The notes below the pieces were generated by a model that had not been told where the DNA came from, searched no databases, and saw only the letters and a program-made list of their open reading frames with translations. From positions 36,642,001 through 36,706,000 of the forward strand of contig JBITNC010000002.1 of assembly GCA_050084985.1 (NCBI GenBank): 64,000 nucleotides of DNA, read 5' to 3'. Every line of letters starts with the position of its first letter. Within the stretch, counting starts at the first letter, position 1. The DNA is from Nageia nagi (taxonomy: Eukaryota; Plantae; Pinophyta). Positions 13,541 to 26,583 of the stretch are shown piece by piece. A program made the translations under genes and the position numbers.

Positions 13541-14587
13541 TGTAATGTCCCACATCCTTTTTGCAATGTAAATAAATAAATTTTAATGCTTTTAGTATTA
13601 TGAGTCATCTTTAGCAGTTAATGGTATTTTGGGGAAGATAATTTTATGCTAGCAAAGCCACCTTGACAGTCAAAGTAAGTGTTAGAGGTGTTCCAAGTGG
13701 CAAGTTGGTGTCTTAGCTACCTTTAATGGAAAAGTCAGCCTAGTGGGCAGTTACAAATGAGCTATAATGCATGCTGGGCAGTTACAAATCAGAAATAATG
13801 CATGCTGGGCAGTTACAAATCAGAAATAATGCATGCTGGGCAGTTACAAATCAGACATAATGTCTTCTGGGCAGTTACAAGTCAGAAATAGGGGTTTTTG
13901 TGTTAAATATGTTTAATCTATTATTAGCACTCTAAGTTGATCTCAGCCATTAGATCTTGCAGAGATCAATGGTCAAGATTAGCTGTCTTTTGGGAACCTA
14001 AGCATAAAATAGAGAGGTTTTTTCAATGAGGGGGGGGTTGGCTAATTCGGGGGAATTTGGGGAATTTGGGAGAGCTTTGCTCTTTGGACTCTTGCATTCT
14101 GCTAGAGTTTTCTGGGATTCCCATTGGAAACCAATCCAATGGAGGCTTAAGGGATTAGATCCTAAGGGCTTTCTACCCATTTGAGGACAGGTCTATCCAA
14201 GATCTGTATTTGAGCCTGCATGTTTGAAGTTTCAAGAGTTGAGATAACAGTTTTGGCATCACATCAGTTTGCTGGGGATTTTGAGGAGTTCATTTGGGGC
14301 TGCATGTACCAGAACAGCAGTAGTGATTACATCAGTGCTAAATCACTAGTCCTGTACAGGTTCATTATCATTTTGAAGGTGTTACAACTGTTCTTCCAGT
14401 TTGTTGAGGTGTGTTCAGTGATCTGTAGGAACTTTCATTACATATAAGTGTAATACATTGTCTACATTGTCTCTAATATGTTGTAGTTGCAATTTGTGTT
14501 ACTTGAAAAGAGAATAAAAATATAAAATCAGATTTGGTTCTGCTGTGTTATTGTGGATTTGCATACATTTGTATTTGGTTTGTTTCA
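13541..14587 (+). repeat. 5' LTR of the intact gypsy element
   Basis: TGTAATGTCC...TGTTTCA, repeated at +5910 bp. Confidence 0.97.
13744..13890 (+). promoter_or_regulatory. About five 31-bp tandem units in the LTR (also 19654-19800) carrying MYB-like and RY-like motifs
   Basis: Unit TGGGCAGTTACAAATCAGAAATAATGCATGC contains CAGTTA and TGCATG. The repeat is certain; its function is inferred. Confidence 0.6.
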
Positions 14588-14589
14588 AG

Positions 14590-14602
14590 TGGTATCAGAG
14601 CC
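14590..14602 (+). promoter_or_regulatory. Primer-binding site (tRNA-iMet)
   Basis: TGGTATCAGAGCC, 2 nt after the 5' LTR. Confidence 0.95.
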
Positions 14603-14631
14603 AAAAATCCTGTCATCCTGAGGGTTTGTTG

Positions 14632-17600
14632 ATGGTCCACCCTTATCAAACTAGAAGCAAGGGTAAAGCAGGGTTAGGTCAGCCAATGGAGAGAGAAGAA
14701 GAGAGGATTAAGCTAGATGATGAGGCAGAAATCTTTAGAAGAACACAAAATACTATGTTGCAAGTATTGCAGAGAATGGAGAGATCACTTCAAGATTTGT
14801 GTTCTAGAAACCAACCACAATTAGAAACTCAGATTAGTGAGGGAAATGCTCCCTTACTACAACAAAATAATGAGGGTGAAAGTTCAACCCCTGGAGTAGC
14901 TAAAATTATACCTAAACCAAATAATCCAATAGGAGAGACATCCAGGACACCCAGGATTTGGAAACCCTCTACTCCCATGTTTGTACAGCCACAAACTACT
15001 GAAGGAAGTGTAGAGATTCCAGATACAGAGTTGGCAGAACGTTGGGCAGCGTATGAAGCCATGCCTCAAGGGTTTAAAACAGCAGTAGATTTTGAGAAAT
15101 ACTTGGAGTTGAAGGGACATAAACCGGGAAGAAAAGCTCAAGGAGCAGGAGGAGAATTGCAGTACAAGTTGGGTAAGTTACCACTTCCATTTTTCGATGG
15201 TAGTGATAAGATTTCTGCAAGAGCTTGGTTACAAAAATTGCAGACATACTTTGCTCTTAAACCCACCATGACAGAAAAGGAGGCAGTTCAATATGCAGCC
15301 CTTCATCTTGAGGGTGTTGCATATCAATGGTGGCACCATGGATTGTTCACTCAAGGCCATGGAACCATTGATTCTTTTGAGGTGTTTGCAACTAAGCTGT
15401 TGGACAGGTTTGAGAGGCAAGATGAAAATGAGTTTTTCTGTGAGTTGGCCACTATCACACAAAAAGGTACAGTTGCTAGCTATATAGAGGAGTTTCAACA
15501 GATTTCAGTTATGGTCACTGATATAGCTGAAGATAGGATCATTCACCTCTTCTTGAAGGGTCTAAGTGAACCATTAAGAGGTTTAGCAAAGGCTTTCAAG
15601 CCTAAGACACTAGATGAGGCTGTTTCAACAACTTTGGACCTTGAAACTTCCACACACAGCAGTAAACCAAAATGGGGACAGCCCTCTAAGTTTGGACAGC
15701 CATCTAAATTTGGGCAAACATCCACATTTGGGACTTCTAGACCTTCCCAAACAGTTGGACAGCCAATAAACAAAACTAGTCAGATGCATAATAAGGGCTT
15801 CCAATCACATAAAAATCCAAATCAGCAAAGACCCAAGCTAGATGAGGCAACTAGGAGGGAGTTACAGCGAAAGGGTTTATGCTTTTCTTGCAAAAAACAG
15901 TGGGGGCCAGGCCACCAATGTCAAGGTAAAGGGCAAAATTACTTGGTAGAGTTTTATGTGCCAAATGAGGATGAAAAGGAACCAGAAATAGAAAAATCAG
16001 ATTCTGAAAGTGAGTATGAAGATGCAGATTTTGCAGAATTAGAACAACATGGACAACACTCTCCTAGAATAGACGAAGAAGAGGGAGTTTTGGCATCTAT
16101 CACAGGTGAGTCAAAGTTCATAACCATAAAGGTGCCAGGAAAATTAAACGATCATTCTGCTGTGATTTTAATTGATGGAGGAGCTACTCATAATTTCATA
16201 GATGAGGGTTTTGTGGCTGAAAAGAAATTGAAAACGGAAGGTTTTTCTGGTTTTGGTGTTAAGAATGGAAATGGGGAAATTACTAAGTGTGACCAAGTGG
16301 TTAAACAGGTAAAATTATGTTTTGGTAACTATTCAGTGGTGGAGGATTTTTATGTATATCCTATGATGGGAGGTATCCCTCATGCCATTTTAGGGGTACA
16401 ATGGTTATATTCATTGGGAGGCATCTATACCAACTACAAAACGTTGGAAATGAAATTTAGATGCAATGGGAAGGTGGTCACTTTGAGGGGCATAAAAGAT
16501 CGATTCCCACAACAAATTTCAGCCAACAGATTGGAAAAAATTCTGAAGAAGAAGGACATCATTTGGGGAGCCACATTTTACATGGTGAAAGGTATGCCTA
16601 CACCCCCCAAGATTGGGGTAAAATTCCATCCTGATATACAATGCATTCTAGATAGCCATAGCCCAGTTTTTGGTGATCTACCTAGTGGTCTTCCACCTAA
16701 TAGAGGTTTTGAGCATATCATTGAATTAGAACCTGATTCTAAACCGATCATGATCACACCATATAGACACCCTAAAGCTTACAAAGATGAGATTGAAAAA
16801 ACTATTCAAGAGTTACTTGCCATGGGTTATATAAGGCCTAGTTCTAGCCCTTTTGCCTCTTCTGTAGTACTAGTGAAGAAAAAAGATGGAACCTTACGCA
16901 TGTGCATAGATTATAGGGCCTTAAACAAGAAAACCATTAAAAATCGGTATCCCATTCCTAGAGTTGATGAATTGATAGATGAGTTGCATGGGGCTACCTA
17001 TTTTTCCAAGGTGGATTTAAGATCTGGATACCATCAGATTAAAATGAGGGATGAGGATGTGCACAAGACAGCCTTTAGGTGTCATTTTGGACACTTTGAG
17101 TTTTTGGTCATGCCCTTTGGTCTTACCAATGCACCTGCCACTTTCCAATCAGCCATGAATCACATTTTTAGAGATCATCTTAGAAAATTTGTGCTTGTTT
17201 TCTTTGATGATATTCTAATTTACAGCAGAGATTGGGAAAGTCATTTACAACATCTAGACACGGTTTTGATCATTTTGGAACAACAGAAATTTTTTGCAAA
17301 TATGTCCAAATGTGAATTTGGACTTTCAGAAATTTTGTATCTTGGACATATAATTAGTGCCAAGGGTGTGCATGTAGATGAGCAGAAGATTTCTGCTATA
17401 AAAAATTGGCCTACACCCACCTCTTTGTCTGAATTAAGAGGCTTTTTGGGGTTGTGCAGCTATTACAGAAGGTTTATCAAGGGGTTTTCTCAATTAGCAG
17501 CTCCTTTGACCGATTTGACCAAGAAAGGGGCATTTCAATGGGATGGAACAACAGAAAATGCATTCCAAAAATTAAAGACAGTTATGATGACATGTCCTAT

Positions 17601-19455
17601 TTTGGCCACTCCTGATTTTTCCCAACCATTTGTAGTTGAATGTGATGCTTCAGGGTTAGGAATTGGTGCAGTATTGATGCAAAAGGGTAGACCTATAGCA
17701 TTTGAGAGTAGAAAACTCAGTCCAATTGAGAAAACATTTAATATTTATGAACAGGAGATGCTTGCAGTGATGCATGCATTGTCAAAATTCCGGCAATATT
17801 TAGTGTGCAGCCAATTCATAGTTAAGACTGATCATAACAGTCTTAAACACTTTCTAGGACAGCGTGAATTAAGTGACAGACAACAGAAATGGGTGACAAA
17901 ATTACAAGCATATGATTTTGAGATCCAATATGTGAAAGGGAAATCTAATACAGCAGCTGATACACTTTCGAGGAATCCTTCTTTTCATGCTATTACTGCT
18001 GTCCAAGCTGATTGGAAGGCCAAAATTATGGCAGAATACACTAAGGACGAATTTGCTTCAAATATTCTTAATGGGGATGTTATAGATGAGAGATACAAAA
18101 TCAAGGATGGATTGATTTTGTACAAAAACAGAATTTATTTAATGCCAGAATCAAAAATGAAGGAGAAACTATTAGATGCCTTGCATGATGCACCTTTAGC
18201 AGGCCATCCAGGATTCTACAAATCATACAAAATGGTAAAAGAAAGATTTTATTGGAAGGGGTTGAAAGAAGATGTGCTAAGACATGTTAGAGAATGTCCT
18301 ACATGCCAACAAAATAAGCATGAGAACACACACCCCGCTGGTCTACTTCAGCCTTTGCCTATTCCCCATCAAAAATGGGAAGGCATTTCCATAGATTTCA
18401 TCACAGGTTTGCCCAAAACTCAAGGTAAGGATAGCATCTTTGTGGTAGTTGATAGATTGACAAAATTCGCTCATTTCTTTGCCATTACAGTAACTATTAC
18501 AGCCCCACAACTTGCGGATCTATTTTTCAAGGAGGTTTTCAAATTACATGGTTTGCCAAAAACCATAGTTCATGATAGGGACAGCAAGTTTATGAGTAAC
18601 TTTTGGCAGGAATTCTTCAAATTGTGCGGCACACAACTTACTCCTAGCACTAGCTACCATCCACAAACTGATGGGCAGACAGAGATAGTTAATAAATGGA
18701 TTGAAGGGTATCTCAGGAACTATGTTACAGGGCAGCAACAGTCTTGGGTTAAGTGGCTAAATCTTGGAGAGTATTGTTATAATAGTTCTTATCACATGTC
18801 CATTAAAATGTCACCTTTCATGGCATTGTATGGTTATGAGCCTCCTAAGTTTTCCGACTTGCTTTTGGAGGATAGTAGGGTACCCACAGCTGCTGATTTT
18901 GTACAACAGCATCAAGACATTCTAAAATCAGTGAGAGAGAACTTACAACAAGCCCAAAATCAGCAGAAAAAGTATGCTGATCAAAACAGGACAGAACGTA
19001 GTTTCAATGTGGATGATATGGTCTACTTGAGATTACAACCTTACCGGCAAACCACATTGAAGAAGAGTGGTGCAGAAAAGTTGCAACCACGTTTTTATGG
19101 ACCTTACAGGGTGGTGAGGAGAGTTGGTGAAGTTGCATATGAATTGGCATTGCCTTCAAGCAGTAGGATCCACAATGTATTTCATGTGTCTTGCTTAAAG
19201 AAAGCCTTGGGACAACATGTCACACCTTCACAAACCTTGCCTCCTATTAATGATGAAGGTAAATTAGAGTTAATTCCTGAAAGGTTATTGAATGTGAGGG
19301 AGAAGAGATTGAGGAATAAAGTCCTTTCTGAATATTTGGTGAAGTGGAAAGATTTGCCAGAAGATGATGCTACTTGGGAGGGGCCAGAAATTTTGAAGCA
19401 CCCAGCTTTGATGAATTGCTTGAGGACAAGCAATTCTAGAGGGGGAGACTTGTAA
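14632..19455 (+). CDS. Gag-Pol polyprotein: Gag, aspartic protease, RT, RNase H, integrase, chromodomain
   Basis: Motifs [29 protein letters not shown] zinc finger, DDE core, GPY and YLVKW...ATWE. First ATG after the PBS; the stop lies inside the 3' LTR. Confidence 0.96.
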   Translation: MVHPYQTRSKGKAGLGQPMEREEERIKLDDEAEIFRRTQNTMLQVLQRMERSLQDLCSRNQPQLETQISEGNAPLLQQNNEGESSTPGVAKIIPKPNNPIGETSRTPRIWKPSTPMFVQPQTTEGSVEIPDTELAERWAAYEAMPQGFKTAVDFEKYLELKGHKPGRKAQGAGGELQYKLGKLPLPFFDGSDKISARAWLQKLQTYFALKPTMTEKEAVQYAALHLEGVAYQWWHHGLFTQGHGTIDSFEVFATKLLDRFERQDENEFFCELATITQKGTVASYIEEFQQISVMVTDIAEDRIIHLFLKGLSEPLRGLAKAFKPKTLDEAVSTTLDLETSTHSSKPKWGQPSKFGQPSKFGQTSTFGTSRPSQTVGQPINKTSQMHNKGFQSHKNPNQQRPKLDEATRRELQRKGLCFSCKKQWGPGHQCQGKGQNYLVEFYVPNEDEKEPEIEKSDSESEYEDADFAELEQHGQHSPRIDEEEGVLASITGESKFITIKVPGKLNDHSAVILIDGGATHNFIDEGFVAEKKLKTEGFSGFGVKNGNGEITKCDQVVKQVKLCFGNYSVVEDFYVYPMMGGIPHAILGVQWLYSLGGIYTNYKTLEMKFRCNGKVVTLRGIKDRFPQQISANRLEKILKKKDIIWGATFYMVKGMPTPPKIGVKFHPDIQCILDSHSPVFGDLPSGLPPNRGFEHIIELEPDSKPIMITPYRHPKAYKDEIEKTIQELLAMGYIRPSSSPFASSVVLVKKKDGTLRMCIDYRALNKKTIKNRYPIPRVDELIDELHGATYFSKVDLRSGYHQIKMRDEDVHKTAFRCHFGHFEFLVMPFGLTNAPATFQSAMNHIFRDHLRKFVLVFFDDILIYSRDWESHLQHLDTVLIILEQQKFFANMSKCEFGLSEILYLGHIISAKGVHVDEQKISAIKNWPTPTSLSELRGFLGLCSYYRRFIKGFSQLAAPLTDLTKKGAFQWDGTTENAFQKLKTVMMTCPILATPDFSQPFVVECDASGLGIGAVLMQKGRPIAFESRKLSPIEKTFNIYEQEMLAVMHALSKFRQYLVCSQFIVKTDHNSLKHFLGQRELSDRQQKWVTKLQAYDFEIQYVKGKSNTAADTLSRNPSFHAITAVQADWKAKIMAEYTKDEFASNILNGDVIDERYKIKDGLILYKNRIYLMPESKMKEKLLDALHDAPLAGHPGFYKSYKMVKERFYWKGLKEDVLRHVRECPTCQQNKHENTHPAGLLQPLPIPHQKWEGISIDFITGLPKTQGKDSIFVVVDRLTKFAHFFAITVTITAPQLADLFFKEVFKLHGLPKTIVHDRDSKFMSNFWQEFFKLCGTQLTPSTSYHPQTDGQTEIVNKWIEGYLRNYVTGQQQSWVKWLNLGEYCYNSSYHMSIKMSPFMALYGYEPPKFSDLLLEDSRVPTAADFVQQHQDILKSVRENLQQAQNQQKKYADQNRTERSFNVDDMVYLRLQPYRQTTLKKSGAEKLQPRFYGPYRVVRRVGEVAYELALPSSSRIHNVFHVSCLKKALGQHVTPSQTLPPINDEGKLELIPERLLNVREKRLRNKVLSEYLVKWKDLPEDDATWEGPEILKHPALMNCLRTSNSRGGDL
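19438..19450 (+). promoter_or_regulatory. Polypurine tract
   Basis: AGAGGGGGAGACT immediately before the 3' LTR. Confidence 0.9.
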
Positions 19456-20497
19456 TGTCCCACATCCTTTTTGCAATGTAAATAAATAAATTTTAATGCT
19501 TTTAGTATTATGAGTCATCTTTAGCAGTTAATGGTATTTTGGGGAAGATAATTTTATGCTAGCAAAGCCACCTTGACAGTCAAAGTAAGTGTTAGAGGTG
19601 TTCCAAGTGGCAAGTTGGTGTCTTAGCTACCTTTAATGGAAAAGTCAGCCTAGTGGGCAGTTACAAATGAGCTATAATGCATGCTGGGCAGTTACAAATC
19701 AGAAATAATGCATGCTGGGCAGTTACAAATCAGAAATAATGCATGCTGGGCAGTTACAAATCAGACATAATGTCTTCTGGGCAGTTACAAGTCAGAAATA
19801 GGGGTTTTTGTGTTAAATATGTTTAATCTATTATTAGCACTCTAAGTTGATCTCAGCCATTAGATCTTGCAGAGATCAATGGTCAAGATTAGCTGTCTTT
19901 TGGGAACCTAAGCATAAAATAGAGAGGTTTTTTCAATGAGGGGGGGGTTGGCTAATTCGGGGGAATTTGGGGAATTTGGGAGAGCTTTGCTCTTTGGACT
20001 CTTGCATTCTGCTAGAGTTTTCTGGGATTCCCATTGGAAACCAATCCAATGGAGGCTTAAGGGATTAGATCCTAAGGGCTTTCTACCCATTTGAGGACAG
20101 GTCTATCCAAGATCTGTATTTGAGCCTGCATGTTTGAAGTTTCAAGAGTTGAGATAACAGTTTTGGCATCACATCAGTTTGCTGGGGATTTTGAGGAGTT
20201 CATTTGGGGCTGCATGTACCAGAACAGCAGTAGTGATTACATCAGTGCTAAATCACTAGTCCTGTACAGGTTCATTATCATTTTGAAGGTGTTACAACTG
20301 TTCTTCCAGTTTGTTGAGGTGTGTTCAGTGATCTGTAGGAACTTTCATTACATATAAGTGTAATACATTGTCTACATTGTCTCTAATATGTTGTAGTTGC
20401 AATTTGTGTTACTTGAAAAGAGAATAAAAATATAAAATCAGATTTGGTTCTGCTGTGTTATTGTGGATTTGCATACATTTGTATTTGGTTTGTTTCA
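19451..20497 (+). repeat. 3' LTR of the intact gypsy element
   Basis: Copy of the 5' LTR, followed by the TSD TTCAT. Confidence 0.97.
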
Positions 20498-21268
20498 TTC
20501 ATTCTCTCTTTAGTCAACGCCTGGCTATTATTATAGGCTCGACATTCAAGTGATTGTTTGAATTCGTCTACCTTTCTTATTAGAAATTAGGGGTGGGGAT
20601 TACGAATTGAGAGATGAAATAAATGTTGACTTTTATCTTTGAAAATGATTTCTAGTGAATCCAACAACTACTTAGCATGCCTTCTTATGCAACCCCTATT
20701 ATTAAGTCCTTGAACACTATGTATATTATTAGTTAAAGCCCCCATTTCTATATAATAATTATCATTGGGTTTGTGTGCAAGCTTATAAAGGGAAATAAAC
20801 AAACTCACATCAACACATGAATTCTATCTTAAACAACTCCCTAAGAAACTCCTCTTTTTCTAAGTACTAGAGTGGCAAGGAATAGCCATGATTTGGCTTT
20901 ATAACCTCTTGTTGATCTTTTGGTTCATAATTCTCTCAAAAAATCCTTTGCTATTAAATGTATCTTCGACCCTATTTCATCATTACTGAACTCATTTTCA
21001 TACATTTCTAGCCTACCATAAATGGCTTTGATGGACTAGAAATGTTTCGTGCAAGCAAAAACTTAAAAAATCAAGAGGGGTCCACCTTAAATAATAATAA
21101 TAAGGGCCTACCTCACCTCACCCTTAAATATTAATAGGGCGAGACCTCTAAAGTGTATAGTTGAGCATATTAAGTGTTCCCCTATAGACAAACGTGCACA
21201 CACCTAAGAATTTGTGAGATTCTATGGATTGTTTCTATAGCTACAAGAATAGTTTCCAAGGTTCAACC

Positions 21269-23751
21269 TCATTTACCAACTAGAGAAAGCAAGTTCCTCC
21301 TCAATTTTGAAAGATACAAAACATCATGACAAACAAAATCTAGAAACTCTTGCAATTTGAGTCTTATAATTCCAATCCCTGAAGGTTTAATGCTAGATCT
21401 ATCAAGAACGTATACTACTCCATCAAGATTATCATTCAACTCCTCCAAGAAGTCTCTCCTAAAGCTCATGCGACATGTAGCACCAGTATCAAGCAACCAC
21501 ATGAGAAAATCATCAAAACCAACATTGCATTCAATAACAATAAAATGAACGGAATCAGAGTTCTTACTCTTATCATCTTTATGATCTCAATTCTCATGCT
21601 TGTCTTTGATTTTGTCCCATGGTGTCCAATAGGTTTTTGCATCATTTCCTTTCCTATTACATCAAATACTATGAAGATCAAATGTCTCTCCTTTGTCACC
21701 TTGATTAGATCTACCCCCTTTCCTTTGTTATTCCTACCTCGACCATGCTTGCTACCCTCTCCTCTAGATAGGCTTGATTCTTTCCTTTTTGGGCAACACA
21801 TAATGTATCTCCAGCAAGTCGTATAATCTTTTTGCCAAAAGCTTTCTCACGCTATGCAATCTTATTTGTTGTATCAAATGTGAGTCTTCATCTATCCACT
21901 AACCTGAAGTCACTCAAGATAATGGGAATATGTTGGGTAGAGGGCCTTAATCAACACAACAAGAGTTATGTCTATCTTCACACTTGTAGAATTATGTAGT
22001 GCGTAATGGCTCAAATTTTTGAATTTAACACCATGGGATTATTATCTTTCAAATATAGGTTGAAATGCTTCAATTGCAACTGCATTAATTTTAATTTGGA
22101 ATAAGAGTGATACAAATCTTTCAATTTTCTCAATGTGTGCCATGCATCAATAATGAAGTTGATATGTCTATTAACCTCTTCACTAATCGAAGCAACAATT
22201 AAGGTATATGCTTTATTATTATTTTTATGATTGTAAACCACACGCTCCCTAGCATCAATTGGTTTGGTATATGGATTATCTCCATCACAAATAACATCTC
22301 AAAATTCATTGAAAATGAAATTATGTTTAACCTTTCTAGACCACTCCGACCAATTTTCTTTACTACTTAAAACAACTCCAACAATGGACAAATGAGAATG
22401 CATTTTGAACAAAACTTCCTTGCCCCAAAAATTTTACAAAACTTTAAAAATACATTCGTCAAATCTCAACACCATCATCCTCAAACTGATCTCAAACTAT
22501 GGTATTCAAAATTTTGAACACAATGAAAAACAATTCACCCAAAACAGAGTATTATTGAAGAAGTTACAACCAAAAACATTTCAAAATTTTCAGAGGCTTA
22601 AAAAATGCACCAACAAAACCTCACAAAGCAAACTGGTAAGATGACTAGGTGGCACAACTGACAAGGCAGGTCCTTAAGGCTGATGAAGCAAGTCAATGTT
22701 GACTGGAAGGGTCCACAGGAAGTCCACGAACACTACGCTCCATAAAGTGCGGGCACACCCAAAAAAAAATGAAGGCCCAAGTTTCCAAAAAGAAATACGA
22801 AGTCCATCATGCAACAAGGAAAGAAGGCACTCACATGGGCAGGTGAGGACGTTGAGTCTCCAAAACTAGTGGTTGGTCAGGTCTATTGCAGTTGAGTTGG
22901 CGACAGGTCCACCATGCTACAAAACAATGGTTGGGCAACAACAAACAAGCAAGTGGATATCACAGGTCAGGTCCATGTGAGCAACAATAAGCTGGCAGAG
23001 GTCAGGTCAAGTTGGAGGGCATGAGAGATGGAGGGTCAAGCAGGCACAATTCCACACGAGTAGGATTCATGTCCATGTAGGGTGTTGAACACAGGTTTAT
23101 TGGAGCTGTAGTCACCAAGCTCAGGTTCCAAAAACATGGTGACTAACACAAATATCACGAGTCACAATCCAAGCACAAGGGTTATTCAAAAAACGGGTTC
23201 CGCCAATGGGCCTGACTGCACAAGCAAATATTTCCTACACACCAATCTACAAAACCCTTTCATGAATTGAAAAACTTCAACTGCAAATTTCTACCACTAC
23301 CAAGCCCCAAAATATGACTTCCAATATACGAAAATGATCAAGAGAATAATAGGTATTCAAATATAGACATGAAACTGGATTTGACAAGAAGGATTTTAGG
23401 TAAACAGAGGGTAAATATCTAAAAATGAAAAAGTAAACAAAGGTTTTTCAAAGTTTCATGGAGTTAGGGTAAGAAAATGTACTAAGCTTTGACACCAATG
23501 TCAGGCCCAACAAGTAAATCCAAGCTAAAGTATTGTATTAGATTCAAAATGGAAAGATATACATCAAAATGATACTTTATCAAAATCACCTTGAACAAAA
23601 GGCTTTCAATATTCCTTTAAATGTAACTCCCAAAAAATTCTTGACACATTAGCTATGAATTTAATATCTAAAAATAATAAATTTACTAAAATACAAATAC
23701 CATAATCATAAGGATTATAATCCTAACATTATCCATAAAGGTTGGGTAATT
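21269..23751 (-). mobile_element. Degraded, 3'-truncated Ty1/copia element (partial 5' LTR, PBS, gag, protease)
   Basis: NNKAYTLIVASISEEV...AWHTLRKLKDLY (gag); WLLDTGATCRMS...DVLYLSKLRRNLLS (copia protease); degenerate PBS TGGTGTCAAAGC at 23497-23486. Confidence 0.8.
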
Positions 23752-24602
23752 TGTAATGTCCCGAACTAGGTAAAAGTTAAAACCAAAAATATTCAAAGCA
23801 ATTTCAGATTTATCAATTTGTGCTCTAGTTATCAATTCCAAGGCAAAGAAGATTTCAATTACACACCATTCATGCATCAGTATTTCAGATCTGAAACAAA
23901 TACTGAAAATACATAAAAATATGCCACATAAAAAATCAGATTCAAGTGCCAATCAATTCCATTCACCAAATACGCAAGTATGATGCCTTAGAAGGTGGGT
24001 GACCCTCTTGGAAGCTCGAAGATGGGTGCAAGATGCACTAGAGTGGCTCCTAGGGCTAGACATCCCACTATAGTACTCCCAAATTGTAGATGTGAATGCC
24101 GAAGTATCAACGAAGCTCAAGTGTAAACCCTAGATGGATTCACCAACAAAACATTTAAGGGTTTTCATCTTCAAGCCTTTGAAACCAAGAGAGGTTTTGT
24201 CCTCAAGGTTACTCCTATAGATTTCCGTCCACAGAAGGTGAAAAGAAGTGCGAATGATTTCCAATGATTTCTTCCAACTAGAGCACTCCTTTTACAGGTG
24301 GACATCCATCATGAGGTGACATGGTCGACCTGTCTTGAGATTTCAAATGACATCATCATAGTCGACCAATCTTGCCGTGGAATTACAAATTGTATTTTAA
24401 CATTGAGTGTTCCACCTTGGGATTACAAATTACACATTATTACACCAAAGACATTTGATAATACCTCAGAAATATCAAAATTACTCATAAATACTAAAAA
24501 TTATTCCTATCTATCCTAGAGGAGGGACGTCCCACTCCAAGTGGTCAAACAAAAACATTATAATGCAAAAATGAGTGAGACGCCAAACATGGGGACATTA
24601 CA
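23752..24602. mobile_element. Solo LTR (851 bp)
   Basis: Termini TGTAATGTCCC...GGGACATTACA; perfect TSD TAATT. Confidence 0.9.
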
Positions 24603-24872
24603 TAATTGGAAAGAACCTATCAATCCTTAGATAATAATATATGAGCAATTAATGATATTGGGGGCAACCCCCCTTTTAAAAATAGTAAGCAAGTTGACAA
24701 AGCAATTCAACAACTAACCCCTCAGATATGGGGAGCCCTAGTAGGCACCAAAGCATCCCTTTACTTGTCTCATTAACTATGACATGGATAAGAGGAGTCC
24801 TAAGAATTGTGTAATACCACTTTTTAGATACAATAACTCGCTTCAATTACTTCAACTTATTATATATAAAGG

Positions 24873-26583
24873 TGAAATAAGCCAAACTAGGGCTCACTCG
24901 GATTTTGTGAAAATCCTCAAATTCCATAATTAAAATAGCCAAAAATATCCCTAGGAGAGGGATGTCACACTTTGAGCCTCAAATCTGGGGAAAATTACTC
25001 CCCAAGAGCCAATGTCACACTTCCAATGGCAAGATCACATCAACTAATCACAAAATACTCCACGTCTAGCTAGGGAGTGATTATATGGAATATCAAACTC
25101 ACAATAATGGCAAATATCCAACGTCCAAATATGCGAGCAATAATATCACATAAAGCATTCTATGATCATCCACAATGCCAATGTTTTAAGGTAGTGATGC
25201 GAAACACTCACCAAATTACCAAATTATGCCACAGATCCAACGTCTAAGTAAAGAGAGCCAGATGCAATACAATAGATAGTAGAACACTAATGTAACAAGC
25301 CGACAAATGTAATTGCAATTGATATGGAAATAGAGACATCTCAATTACAAAGCTTATGCAATGAAGACTGATGCTCTAAGGCTCAGATCCGTAGTGTGAC
25401 AAGGCTTGCACCAAGGCTTCCCCCTTCAGCAACTGTGATGAAATCTTAGAGATCCACAAGCAGTGTTCTACTAATCTAAGGGTTATGCCAACACCCTCTG
25501 AATAGCTAGCTAACAACTTGAGGTGTGCCAACCCCCAAATGTGAGCCCACATAAGTCCTGTTTTGCACCTTGCAATAGGTACCTCACTCCGAAGAATGGA
25601 ATCAAGGAAGAGACAAGCCCAAGCCAACAAGAAGAGAGCATAATAATAATCGAATGCTATTGTCTTCCAAGAATCCTCCTTTTATAATGAGAGGTAGCTT
25701 CATCATTAATCTAGCGTTGGGATCAATGTAATCTCATCCAATAGTGTCCAAGGATGATCTGTGTGCTCTCATATCCTACGTCCAAGATGAGGTGCCTTGA
25801 GATGCGTAAAATCACATCCAAGGGCCTAGAATGCCAATGTTGGGTTATGGAAGTCCTCCATGTGCCTAGGTATCCTCGCCATCATGCTAAGAGCCTCCAA
25901 GGGAGACATGGGTGTCTTGGGATGCCCAATTTTATATCTCATGCCCAACATCCAAGTGTGGGAGTTTTCCAATGCCTCATAGTAAGTGTTATTCCATAGG
26001 AATCCTAATGCTCTACCTCGAGTAGCTAAGAGGGGAGCTAAATAATAATTAATACCTATTAAATGCCAATTTACATCCATCAAGGCTTCTCATATGCAAG
26101 GTCCCAAATTTGGTGATTAGTATTGCATTTACAATTAATAATTGCCTTGATATCATTAATACATCGTGATTGGCATTTCTCTAATTAAAATATTAAATTA
26201 CTCCTGATTACACTAAATATGCCCAATGTCCCATAATTGGAGTAATAAATTAATCCTCCAAGTGGAACTTACAAATAAAGGGTCAACATTGAAATTGCTC
26301 TTGAGTCCTAACTAAATATAAATCACACCTAAATTAATTAACTAACAATTGCACATCCTTAGAAGGACGTGACCTTCCCAATGGTTAAATGGAAAGAGAG
26401 TTCTATATTCCCATGCACGTGCGCCATAACTCCTTCGTTTCTTGACAAAACCTAGTCGTGTAACCTGTCAAAATGATTGGCAAGAGGTCCTCTTTCCATT
26501 CTAAGTGATGAAATGTCAATTTTTGGCTTGTAGAAGATGAAATCTCAAAACGAAGCACAACCTTACAATTTGGGGACATTAAA
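24873..26583. mobile_element. Solo LTR A; same family as 46501-48704, in the opposite orientation
   Basis: TSD AAAGG; extensive reverse-complement similarity to 47434-48704 and 46700-46750. Confidence 0.8.

Larger units (their letters stand above)
13541..20497 (+). mobile_element. Intact Ty3/gypsy chromovirus LTR retrotransposon (Reina-like), very recent insertion
   Basis: 1047-bp TG...CA LTRs (13541-14587 and 19451-20497) that look identical; 5-bp TSD TTCAT; PBS; PPT; one uninterrupted gag-pol ORF. Confidence 0.97.

Noticed and set aside
13744-13890. 31-bp repeats as a CRISPR array
   Set aside because: Head-to-tail units with no unique spacers, inside a eukaryotic LTR.
14545-14631. ORF-track start of gag-pol
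   Set aside because: A non-ATG start inside the LTR, upstream of the PBS; ATG 14632 is more plausible.
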